From positions 930,001 through 994,000 of the forward strand of contig CM106585.1 in the NCBI GenBank assembly GCA_048013815.1: a DNA stretch of 64,000 bases. Reading direction: 5' to 3'. Of the stretch, positions 26,641 to 37,088 are shown in pieces (positions within the stretch are counted from its first letter, which is position 1; every line of letters begins with the position of its first letter). The notes below the pieces were generated by a model. The model was given only the letters and a program-made list of their open reading frames with translations, was not told the DNA's origin and ran no database searches. This DNA is from Setoptus koraiensis. Taxonomy: Eukaryota; Animalia; Arthropoda. A program made the translations under genes and the position numbers.

Positions 26641-28518
26641 TCAATTTTTTTTAGTAGAGCCTTTCTCCGAGTTGATATAAGCTGAGTAAGGCTTTATATT
26701 ACACTTAAAATTGCGTTTAGTTTTAGCTGGATCGAATTTTTTCACCATGTCTGGATTTCTAAGTGCACAATAAATTGAGACTTTGTCGATGCGAGTAACA
26801 TTAACACCACCACATTGACTAAAAATTTTGAATAAATCCTCTATGTGCCAATCTTCATTTTGAAATTCAACATGATAAACGTGATTACGATTCGGTGAGG
26901 GATCTTCCTTTTCTAGATCAAAATATTTGAGATCGTATGAGAGAGTAAAAAATATTTTGTTGCAAAAAGCTTGCCTTATTCTTTCTCGAGATATAAGAGG
27001 CAAATTGTCAGTATCTGAATCACATTTGGTTAACTTTGAATCTTTGTTCCCTGAATCTAAATACCACTCACATAACGCTATAAAGCAGTAGCCACTTAGA
27101 TAGGCATCGTAACCTGCTTTATGTAATTGCGTGTCGATGGGTTCTGCGTTTTTTGAGTAGATCTCTATCTTTGGAAAGGGTTCTTGTCTCAGAATTTGAT
27201 ATAAATCACCTAATGGTGTCTGATGATTAGCAACATCGTCTTGCTTGTGTGTAGAGGCGATGTATTTTGTGTCGTAAATCATTGAAAATAATTCATGACA
27301 AATTTCCTTAAAGCCCAAATAGTCCTCTGGTACCGGTTCAAAAAACTGATCCACAATGTGTATGAGGTCCAGTAAAAGATTATGTCCTACGATTGGTTTG
27401 CGATAGCCTATGATAAAATATAATATCTGTAAAAACCCTTTGGCTTGATCGAACTCGCGCTGAGATTTATTGAGCTTAGCTTGTCGATCTACCCGTGAAA
27501 TTGAAATGAATCTTTCATTACGTTCTTTATCATGAATGACTTGAACTTCTATCTGATCAAAATAGGGCTGGACTTTGATTGCTTCCAAAATCATGTTTCT
27601 TCTGGTCGCTGGACAAGATTCAAGTTCTAGACACTTGATAACAAGTTTACTGGGATCAGCATCAAGATACTCTTTGATTTGGTTAAGAGCTGTCTTAACA
27701 TGCTGTTTCATATCATTGGGCACAAAAGTTGGCACACCATTTTGATCTAGTACAGCACTTTCGGACTTGGTTTTGTCTTTCTCGAGCGTGTCTTTAAGCA
27801 TTTTCTCTTCGCTGCGATTCAAATATGGAATCCCATCTCTAAATAATTTGTTAAAATCGAAGCCGTGCGAACATAAAAAGTTTATAGCCGAAGTTTGCAT
27901 TGAGAATGTTCTATTCGTGTCTACGTCAGGCCAGCTTGTTGTTGGTTGTGGAAAAATGTAAAAATTATAAGTTTCGCAGGAGTAAGCTAACGTTTTTATC
28001 TCATCTTCCTTCTTGAGTTCTTTTCTAGCCGGACAATCCTCATCACTGCTGCTACTATCGTCTTCAATTTCGCCTGGTTCTAATTCTTTCATCACTTCGT
28101 CCGTACTGATGTCACCAGTATCCATTCTATGACTATCCTGACTATCTTGATTCACTATATCTTGACCATTTACTACATCGTGGTCCTGTTTTGAATCGGC
28201 TGACTCAGTTTGTCTGGAGGCGTCTTGCTCTGAGCGTTTGTCCAGAGTCACACTGTTTTGATTGAGGGTCGACTGATCAGCAGCACCGGTATTTGGCTTC
28301 GACTTGAAACATGCCAATCCAAATTGCAGTATCCGATATCCATTACTAGATTCTACTACTTTCTTGAACCTTTCACTGGTCAAATCAAACGAGTTCAGGG
28401 TGCGACCTCTCATGAGGCCGCTTAGTTCTGTGTCAATAGCGACAAAATCGCATTCTGATATCGTTTTCTGTATTTGTGGCAACAATTCTAGGAAATTTGA
28501 ACTAGTTACATCAATCAT
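26641..28518 (-). CDS. PARN: Poly(A)-specific ribonuclease PARN (CAF1/DEDD family), intronless, ~625 aa
   Basis: Start MIDVTSSNF; catalytic motifs FVAIDTELSGL, IVGHNLLLDL and LHKAGYDAY; AINFLCSHGFDFNKLFRDGIPYL; central R3H-like region; C-terminal RRM (VYHVEF..W...DLFKIFS). Confidence 0.92.
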   Translation of the reverse strand: MIDVTSSNFLELLPQIQKTISECDFVAIDTELSGLMRGRTLNSFDLTSERFKKVVESSNGYRILQFGLACFKSKPNTGAADQSTLNQNSVTLDKRSEQDASRQTESADSKQDHDVVNGQDIVNQDSQDSHRMDTGDISTDEVMKELEPGEIEDDSSSSDEDCPARKELKKEDEIKTLAYSCETYNFYIFPQPTTSWPDVDTNRTFSMQTSAINFLCSHGFDFNKLFRDGIPYLNRSEEKMLKDTLEKDKTKSESAVLDQNGVPTFVPNDMKQHVKTALNQIKEYLDADPSKLVIKCLELESCPATRRNMILEAIKVQPYFDQIEVQVIHDKERNERFISISRVDRQAKLNKSQREFDQAKGFLQILYFIIGYRKPIVGHNLLLDLIHIVDQFFEPVPEDYLGFKEICHELFSMIYDTKYIASTHKQDDVANHQTPLGDLYQILRQEPFPKIEIYSKNAEPIDTQLHKAGYDAYLSGYCFIALCEWYLDSGNKDSKLTKCDSDTDNLPLISRERIRQAFCNKIFFTLSYDLKYFDLEKEDPSPNRNHVYHVEFQNEDWHIEDLFKIFSQCGGVNVTRIDKVSIYCALRNPDMVKKFDPAKTKRNFKCNIKPYSAYINSEKGSTKKN

Positions 28519-29287
28519 AGTGCCAAAGAATGTTAAAAATTTTATAATTATGTATGCTCCACCAACTAATAATAGAGATATATTATTGCATGTTGACACT
28601 GATCGACAATATGACCCATGTGTAGATTTGTTGTTCTTAGGAGCGAAATTCAAACATGGAGAATATCAAATATTGATAGGAATATGAATCAAGACTGCGC
28701 GAAATACAATTATCTCGGGATCTAGCTCACAAGGTAGCCCAAAAGACTTGAACTCTCAGATTTTTTTTCTACTAGGACAATTCTTGTATTTCTTCTTTCA
28801 TTGCATAGATCTAGACGAGTTGACAAGGTAAAACGCATTACGGGGTCAAGACCTCCCAACTGGCTATGGCATAAATCTTGTCTCTTGATCGAGCCGAGCA
28901 AGAAAAGGTCTATCAAAACGTTAGCTAGTCGAAGTCCATTTTTATTCCACCAGGGAGAGGCATTTAGATTTTTTTTTGTGCGGTGTGTAATGCTTCTCTA
29001 CAGGATCGCGCATAATATTGAGAACCAATAATCAATGATCAATCAAAATAAATAAACATTTAACGTAACACTCTCAGCTTGCGTGTGCATTCTCACACGC
29101 TCCGCGCGCTCCTGGCGGAATGAAAATAAATTTCGACCATTTGCACTAGAAAAAGTACACACTGTTTGTGTACGAGCATCGGTAATAAGCGCAGAGCGCA
29201 AATGGCATTAAAAAAGAATTGAACCTCAAATTCTGTCCACGTCTTAGAACATCTGATTGATTAGCGTATAATAATTAACCAGTTGAA

Positions 29288-30462
29288 ATGAATCGCCTTG
29301 GGATTTCGTTGATCTCGAATCAACGTATGACGAGTATCAACAAATCAATGAGACTTTATTTGGAAAAAGCAAGAGCAAATGATGAATTTATGGCAAAAGA
29401 AATCAGAGAATTTGAGAACGGTAAAAGGCATCTTGCCAATATGATGAGTCTCGATGCCAATGAAATGACTCAAGAGGATATTGATGTAAGAACTATAAAA
29501 GACACCTAAAAGCTCACCTTCATGCATGACTTATCTATTTCACTAATTTATTATTCACTATGTTCCATCTATAGAGTGCCATAAGATATCTATTCCCAAG
29601 TGGCCTATTCGATAAGAGAGCTAGACCCGTGATGAAACACCCCTCTATTATTTACAAGAAAGCGACGCAGGCTCAATTCAACGATGAAGGAAGACCACAT
29701 CACTTTTTATTTTATACAGCAAGTCCTTATTATTATGAAGTATTGCACAATTTATCTACCCAATTAGAAATATGTAAAGAGCATGAAGATGAACAATTGG
29801 CGCATGGAATCACCACTCCCCTGTCCAACGACGGATATAGCTTTGCTGGTAAACAGTGGATCTCAATGAAAGACCTCAGTGACATGTTACAAGAAGATAC
29901 TAATGAGTTTAAGTACGAGTATCTAATCAGGAGTTTAAATTTACTCAAAGATCATCCATACTCAAACTTGGCCAAGAATTTCATCGATAAGTATACTAGA
30001 ACAATGGTTGGTCAATCACTGTCGCTAGAATTGCCCAAGCTAGAAAAAAACGAAAAACTAAGGACATATGTGAGTGTTGAGTCAAAACAACGTGAACTGG
30101 TCCTCAAAGTGACGACTCTGTTTGATGGCACAGGAAAAATCAATATCATGGGTCGTGATATCTTGCAATTCGAAGATTTATCTCACAGAGAAGCTGTTTT
30201 GTTTCCGTTGCAATTGAGTGGAATGTTGGATAAAGTAGATATCGAGGCCGTTCCTATTAGGACACCCAAGTTAGTGGGAAATTCTCAGATAGCCATGTCA
30301 GTGAGATATGGCGTGTCAATGGCTATTGCCAGCTACACGGACGATGCAACTCGTGAAAAGATGCGTTTAGCGGGACTTCTAACTCGTGATATCAGAACCA
30401 GAGAACGTAAAAAATTTGGCCAAGAGGGAGCTAGACGTAAATATACGTGGAGGAAACGTTAG
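29288..30462 (+). CDS. MRPS9: Mitochondrial ribosomal protein S9 (uS9m). Exons 29288-29485 and 29575-30462, 361 aa
   Basis: The spliced junction gives [27 protein letters not shown]. The C-terminus is RERKKFGQEGARRKYTWRKR. The 89-nt GTAAGA...TAG intron is phase 0. Confidence 0.96.
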
Positions 30463-30683
30463 TTTGGTGACGTATTGTTGTGAAAACGTCTGGTTTATTA
30501 TAATTTTATTTAATAATATGTATTGTAGAATGGTAACAGAGCGATGTGTGGTATTTACATGACTAGATATTCTAATAAAATTCTATTATATTTAATAACA
30601 ATAATATGTATGGCGGCGTGTGTTGTGTTTCACTGGTGGCATTGAGTTAGCTGCTTATTATTTGAATATATTAATCACTATTG

Positions 30684-32069
30684 TCACGAGGCATTGTCCT
30701 CTTGGTGGCTGGCTATGACAGAAGATAACATCAAACAGCACATACAACTTAAGAATATTGTGAACATTATGAAAGTAGATGAAAACAGCCAAAAGGCATA
30801 CAAATAAACTGTCCTATTACAATACCGGCTACTAACAGTATTTTCATAATCTGGCTCATAGACCCGATAGACAATTATACAACTGGCCACAAACCACCCC
30901 ACTAAGAATATGTTGAGCAAAGATTCGTATTTGAAGCTCCGCAAGGCAGAAGGTGGAAATCCACTTGATGTAGAGCTTCGCCTTGGTGTAGAGGATTGAT
31001 TATTGTTATGATTGATGGTTGTACTGTTGTTGTTGTTGATTTCGTTTGATGAGCGACCACCACGCTCAATGAATTGATCGTATGGTTCGAGGTGACGATG
31101 ATGATGAATAGCTGATGATGCTGATCTATTTGTGCCGACTCGTGTAGACGATGAGTAGGATGAACTGGACGATGTTGATGACGATGCAGATGATGAGGTA
31201 TCCTTTTTGAATTGATTGTAACAATTTAGCAAATTTTTTGTGATCCACACGAAACCACCAATAACCAGAAAGACGGGAATGTTCTCTGCCTTACAATCGT
31301 TTATGTAAATTATTCCTATAACAATCATGGTAATTGGTATTAATATTATAAAACCTATAATAATTGTGCATCCCAACGTGCTTATTAATATCAAAAACAA
31401 TTGCCTTAATAGATCCATCAGACCGGAAGATGATTTCCTAGCTTCGCGAACTTGTCCAAACAGTGACTGATATGAGGGGGGTGGCGCATTTGGATTAATG
31501 ACATCATCATAAGAGGGTGGGGGTCCTGATGATCTACCCTGATAGGCTGGCACAGTTCCAGGAATTTCATGGTAGAGAGGTGGCGATACCATAACACTGA
31601 CCACATCAACAACTATTTGGCCCGATGTGGTTGTGGTTGCTGAAGCGGTCGCTGTTGTTGTTGAGGGTCCATTTAAATTATTCTGATTATCGTTGGCGAT
31701 TCTTCCATAGCGAGAACCAGAGCCCAAATTAGAGATGGGCGCTGCATATATAGTCGTAGTAGTTGTGGTTGCCCGGTATCTACTACTACCGTCGCCACCA
31801 CTGGCATCTAGACAAGATGATCTAGTAGCTGAGCTAGTGACTATTGGCATATGATGATAGGATCTTGAGCTAGTGGTGGTTGTGATGGTGGTTGTGGTGG
31901 TAGTTGTCGTATGGTGTGGCACTTGTTGTGTTGGTTGACTTTGAATGGGCGATAATAATTGTTGCTCTTGTTGTTGGTGACTTTGGCTTGTTGAGTGATT
32001 GTGATAATAATTTGACAGAGATTGCGACTTGATATTTGTTGCGCCTATGATGCTCATCAGATGCGCCAT
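30684..32069 (-). CDS. TMEM272-like multi-pass membrane protein with PY motifs, intronless, 461 aa
   Basis: Low-complexity N-terminus with three PPxY motifs, followed by TM segments containing IGIIYINDCKAENIPVFLVIGG and YCNRTVYLYAFW, the pattern of the TMEM272 family. Confidence 0.8.
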   Translation of the reverse strand: MAHLMSIIGATNIKSQSLSNYYHNHSTSQSHQQQEQQLLSPIQSQPTQQVPHHTTTTTTTTITTTTSSRSYHHMPIVTSSATRSSCLDASGGDGSSRYRATTTTTTIYAAPISNLGSGSRYGRIANDNQNNLNGPSTTTATASATTTTSGQIVVDVVSVMVSPPLYHEIPGTVPAYQGRSSGPPPSYDDVINPNAPPPSYQSLFGQVREARKSSSGLMDLLRQLFLILISTLGCTIIIGFIILIPITMIVIGIIYINDCKAENIPVFLVIGGFVWITKNLLNCYNQFKKDTSSSASSSTSSSSSYSSSTRVGTNRSASSAIHHHRHLEPYDQFIERGGRSSNEINNNNSTTINHNNNQSSTPRRSSTSSGFPPSALRSFKYESLLNIFLVGWFVASCIIVYRVYEPDYENTVSSRYCNRTVYLYAFWLFSSTFIMFTIFLSCMCCLMLSSVIASHQEDNAS

Positions 32070-32597
32070 AGCGTTTCATGAATTCGATTTGATCTAATTT
32101 TTGTAAATTTTTCAGATTTGAATCATTATTATTTCATCACTTTAGTATGTTTGCGCACCAATCTAAATGATCGAGATATCTTTGCTGATGAATACCTTCT
32201 TCTTATTATTTGCTAGTTGCAGCTTACTATCGACAACCATCAGCTAACATGAAGTAACGGGGCACTGCAAATATGCGCGCCATTGATTTACGCACCACAA
32301 CTACACTAACAAACAAAAGGAGGTCAAAACGTGGCATCCAAGACGCCAGTTGAGTCTCGCCAGTAAGCCTCTGGCGTCTTTGTTCTCCTGTTCAGGTGAC
32401 CGGTTGCGATTTTCTAATGCACTAGTAGTAGGTACATCATCATCATACAGCTTACAGCAACAACAGCAAAACTATTCAGGCAATGGTGACCGACTCAACC
32501 ACACTATACTTTCTCATTTACCTTATACAGCTCACCTGTGATGTTCTATCAGCTATAAACCAACTAACACTCCGAGTCCGACTACATCTTGCGAACT

Positions 32598-32599
<2 letters not shown>

Positions 32600-32629
<30 letters not shown>
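32600..32629. repeat. (CT)n microsatellite
   Basis: Seen directly in the sequence. Confidence 0.95.
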
Positions 32630-32631
<2 letters not shown>

Positions 32632-32889
32632 AGCTATCTACAGGTGAATACAGTTATATAATCAGGACAGAGAGTTATTGGGGACTTATAAAGAACTAGC
32701 TAGACACAAGGTTAGTGGTAAGACTTGGTATGGGCAGGCACTTTTTGTGGCCTACAAATGGAATAATCATGATTAAGTAGTAGTCATATCAAAAGGAGAG
32801 ACACAGTGTAGTCAGTAAATTTGAACCCCTCATAGGGCGACTTACAGCTACACAGACGCAAACACTGCATACATAGGCACAATTATTGT

Positions 32890-34067
32890 GTAATAATGGA
32901 GGATGCTGGAGCAAACCGGTTTTCTCGTTGCGGTTGCTGCTGAGTTTCTGTTATAATGATCGCCGTAACTGTTGTTGTCCATAAGTGTCTTTGAAGATTT
33001 GAGATTGACCGTTAGCAGGCATTACAGTTGCTTAAGTCGACTCTCTCTCCACAAGAGGGTGTTAGCTTGACTAAAAATTGAGACTATCCATTTCAGATAG
33101 AAACGGGTTTACCTGAACACACCTAGAGCCTCTGGGCTAGCGATAATGAAAAGACAGGTGGCGTCAACTGGTGTTAGTTATGTTTTAAGAAAACATCAAA
33201 GAGAACATACTGAAACAAACTCCTTCTTTCAGCAAGTTGCAGATGAATATAAGGATTACATTAACTCTATGACTAGAGAATATATTGTGAACGATGGAGA
33301 CGAAAACAATAATAACAGTAGCCAGTTATCTAAGAATATGACTGCTAACTCACCAATTAATAGTAATACAACAACAGAAGAAACTACTGCAAAGTCAAAG
33401 GAAGAAATCGAAATGAAAAATATTCAAGAAAGTGATAATCTAGATAGGGTAGTAGCTCGAGATTTGGTTGATGCTTATAAAGTCGAGCAAAGGAAACATG
33501 AGAAAGAAGGTAAATTGAATTATTTTAGTGATGCACAATTAGCACAGATTATGACTGATATATTTCTTACAGGCTCAGAAACAACTATGTCGAAGACTGA
33601 ATGGTCTACATTATTTTTTATGATGAACATTAATTGCCAAGAGAAAACACAAACAACAAATAATATATTTGGACGTGAAAGGATGCCCAATTAGATCTGG
33701 CTAGTATGCAATATGAAGAGGCGACAATGTGTAACGTCGTTCAGAAATTATCACTCCAGGCAATGCTCGTTCCACTTTGGATGAAGCCACCATTAGAGGA
33801 TACCTACTACTAGAGGAAATGGAACCCGAATCTTTATTCATACTTTAATGCCGGATTTTTTTATTCTTTTCTCAGGAGGTGTTTAGGTGATATCTAACAA
33901 AGATAGAAGTCTTCTTATTTCTAGTCAACTGTTTCAAAAATATCCGTCCCGAGCTGTCCGTTGCAGAGGAAGATAAACTAGATCCACATAGGGTAAAAGG
34001 TATTATATCTGCCGCTATGGACCCGATTTCATTCAAGGTGGCCTTGAACTCCAGATGGACTTGCTAA
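32890..34067 (+). pseudogene. Decayed cytochrome P450, clan-2-like
   Basis: P450 landmarks occur in the correct order across shifting frames: C-helix-like NNGGCWSKPVFSLRLL (~32890-32945); CL*RFEID; RDLVDAYK; I-helix QIMTDIFLTGSETT; GRERMP; a degenerate K-helix (DLASMQYEEATMCNVVQKL); heme motif RRCLGD (Cys codon 33880-33882); then KIEVFLFLVN. Multiple stops and frameshifts. Confidence 0.85.
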
Positions 34068-34749
34068 AGCGATATCACAATTTAATTGACTGATTGTTAA
34101 TACCTGCTAGATTCTGTTGTTGATAATTCAAAAGTTGGCACTACTATTGTCACGAGCAAACTGTTTTGGATCAACCACCTTAACTATCGATTTAAGTGCG
34201 ACCTCACACAAAAACAATCACGAACTTCTTTGGTTATTCTTGCAATTGTTGCATTTTTTGGCCCAATAACACTGGAAGCACAATGAGATTTCGCACATTC
34301 AATAACAGTATCAACAAACAGTGTAGTTAATTCATTTTGATGCCAATCAATAATTTCATATTCTAGCGTGTCTGGAATTTTATACTTGTGTTGACCTTAG
34401 ATAGTTATCAATTTGATGTTAATCTAATTTTGCAAATCTCAACATCATCTGATAAAATCGATAATCAGCTAATCGTTCGGGACAAGAGACCAGAAATTCC
34501 TCTTGTTCAAACAAACTGTAAAGTTGAAGATTATATCGATGATTGTTTGTTCCTATCACAACGAGCAACAATAACTATCAAATAGAAAGGTTCTGATGCA
34601 CTCTCATGGAAGAAGCTTGAATTTCAAACAAATACATGCTATGTGCGGAGACTGTTACACAGTAGCATTATTAACAACTGACAAGTTGAGAGATCAACAT
34701 CAAACCAAGTCAAATCACAGTTAAAGTCAGTAGAGACAACATTTTCATC

Positions 34750-35007
34750 ATGTCCAAATTACTATCTATTATTATCATTTTAGCGGTGTTAATTATGGCC
34801 ATTGGCACATCGAAATATCAAGTGTCATGTCAAAGCAAGTTTTACCCGACCAGAGGCCGCTACGCAACAATCGATGAACCGAAATTGGTCTTGCCAGGCT
34901 TAGGTTTCGAAACAGCTATTCCCGGCAGAATGAAACGTCAAACTGCTTCTGCTGAGTTGATGACCAGCATTCCGTTATCTATCGACGTTGATGACGTCGC
35001 TAGGTAA
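34750..35007 (+). CDS. Small secreted protein, candidate neuropeptide precursor (85 aa as single exon; a possible donor AG|GTAACA overlaps the stop)
   Basis: ATG followed by a hydrophobic signal peptide (LLSIIIILAVLIMAIG), then QSKFYPTR-G-R and a dibasic KR site. It is an isolated ORF with coding-like composition. Confidence 0.55.
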   Translation: MSKLLSIIIILAVLIMAIGTSKYQVSCQSKFYPTRGRYATIDEPKLVLPGLGFETAIPGRMKRQTASAELMTSIPLSIDVDDVAR

Positions 35008-35978
35008 CAAATGAGTTACTGAAAGTAGCAACAACAGGCTACCAACACAAGAAACTAGCGTGATGCGAAACTCGACGAAGAACGTGTCTGCATCTAGACT
35101 CAATTGTCACGTAAGATTCATAATACAATCAGCGAAATATGTCACTTTTTCGATCCAGCAACATTGAACCATCGACGCCTGGGATTTTTCTCAAAATCAA
35201 TCTACCTATTTGTTCAATAAAACACGATTCTGTAGATATTCTAATGGTTCCCAACGTATTAATTTCTTTTTGCTTTGATCAGTGATAACGTCTGGATCAT
35301 AATTTCATTTGTCAGTCGGTTGAGCGCATTCTATCAAATAATCATTCAGCATATCCAAACCATCATTATTCAAGGCTGATATCATAAATAACTGTAAGAA
35401 ACCATGCCAGCCAGGTGAATATTGGGAGTTTTCCTTTTCTTAAATTTCATTTTTTTACTATATTCGTCGTCATCGGGAAATATAGCGTTACCATAGCCTA
35501 ACAGGAGGTTTTTTTCGTGGCGACTGGAGTACCGGCTCAATTCCGAGTGTCTTATCTACCGGGGGCCAGTGTTTATAATATGACAAAAACAATTGTGACC
35601 AATTGACATTGATTTGATGACGAGTGATTCATTGTTATATAATAGTATTATGCTATATATGTTTATTCTCTCATCTCAATAATATATAAAAGACGATGAT
35701 ACTAATAATGTGACATACATGCCGAAGTGTTCGTTACAGATCGAACATAACTCCCTCATAAACGCAGATAGACAGACATAAACATGTGAGCATTATTTTT
35801 AGTAATATAAACACAGATGATGTTCAAGAGCGCTCCTTTTGAAGGTAACAATTATTTTTAATAATAATCCAATAGTTATTACTATCACAATTGTTAAGTA
35901 TTTTCATGTAATGACTTAATTAGGGGCGCCCTCGAATCTGATATCTACACATAACAAACGCATACAACAGACCTTGAA

Positions 35979-37088
35979 CTATAAGTCCAATTCTTTATCG
36001 TTACGTAATGGTTGAAAATAAGATTGTACCATTTCATCAGTGACTTCTTCAAGAGTGGAAGGCTTCCATTTAGGGCTCTTATCTTTGTCAACAAGAAGAG
36101 CTCTAACGCCTTCATAGAAATCACTGTTGTCTTCTAAGAATCTGACACTTATAATGTACTCCATCTTGAGGCATTCGCTTAATGATAGTGACTTTCCGCG
36201 TTTCAGCTGTTCAAAAGTGACTTTCAATGATGTGGGCGACATCTTTCTCAATGTTTCAATCTGTTTTTTTGCCCAATCAGTATTGTCTTTTTGTAAACCT
36301 TGTATTATCTCCTCTACCGAGCCAGCCTGACCAAAAATACTATTGATGCGTCCAATGTAGGGCTTCAACGAAAACTCTTTACGATAGTCTATTTCCCATT
36401 GTTCCTGATATTTAGATAATATACTGTCTATTGTTATAACATTTGGATTCTCTAAACGCATTAGTTCCTCTTCTAGACTATTTAATTTGTCTGACGGTAC
36501 AAAATGTGTCGCTATACCAGCTTTAAATATATCACGGCCAAACAAACGATGGCCAGTTAAGCCTAGGAACAGGCCTAAACTGCCTGGACATCGTGGTAAA
36601 AAATGAGATGCACCAACATCGGGAAAGAAGCCAATGGCGGTCTCTGGCATGGCGAAAATGGCCCTCTCTGTTACAACGCGAAAATTGCCATGTATTGAAA
36701 TGCCACAACCGCCACCCATCATGACGCCATTAATTAAAGCTACATAAGGCACTGTTAGCGTGCCAATTCCATGATTGATGGTATATTCGTGCCGAAAGAA
36801 ATCTCTAGACGCCTTGCGGGCCGATATAATTTCTTTGATATCACCACCGGCACAGAATGCCTTCTCTGACGAGCTCTTAACCATCACCATCTTGATTTGA
36901 TCGTCTTTGTCCCATGCCTTCAATTGGGGCAATATTGCTTTGGCCATCCCGTAATTGATTGCATTCAATTGTGCTGGCCTATTCAGCGTTATAACGCCGC
37001 CCGTACCAGATTTGCCTAACTTGCACACCTCGAGAATAACATCCTTGGTTGCCTGGTGGCTCATCATCCTGGTTATATTGGCGAACAT
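35979..37088 (-). CDS. HIBCH: 3-hydroxyisobutyryl-CoA hydrolase, mitochondrial; intronless, ~369 aa
   Basis: Crotonase-fold motifs ITLNRPAQLNAIN, KAFCAGGDIK, GVMMGGGCGISIHG, FAMPETAIGFFPDVG, MSPTSLKVT and DFYEGVRALLVDKDKSPKW. First ATG at 37088. Confidence 0.96.
   Translation of the reverse strand: MFANITRMMSHQATKDVILEVCKLGKSGTGGVITLNRPAQLNAINYGMAKAILPQLKAWDKDDQIKMVMVKSSSEKAFCAGGDIKEIISARKASRDFFRHEYTINHGIGTLTVPYVALINGVMMGGGCGISIHGNFRVVTERAIFAMPETAIGFFPDVGASHFLPRCPGSLGLFLGLTGHRLFGRDIFKAGIATHFVPSDKLNSLEEELMRLENPNVITIDSILSKYQEQWEIDYRKEFSLKPYIGRINSIFGQAGSVEEIIQGLQKDNTDWAKKQIETLRKMSPTSLKVTFEQLKRGKSLSLSECLKMEYIISVRFLEDNSDFYEGVRALLVDKDKSPKWKPSTLEEVTDEMVQSYFQPLRNDKELDL

Noticed and set aside
28519-28653. 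45-codon N-terminal extension of the PARN ORF
   Set aside because: It starts at a non-ATG codon; family homology begins at MIDVT (28518).
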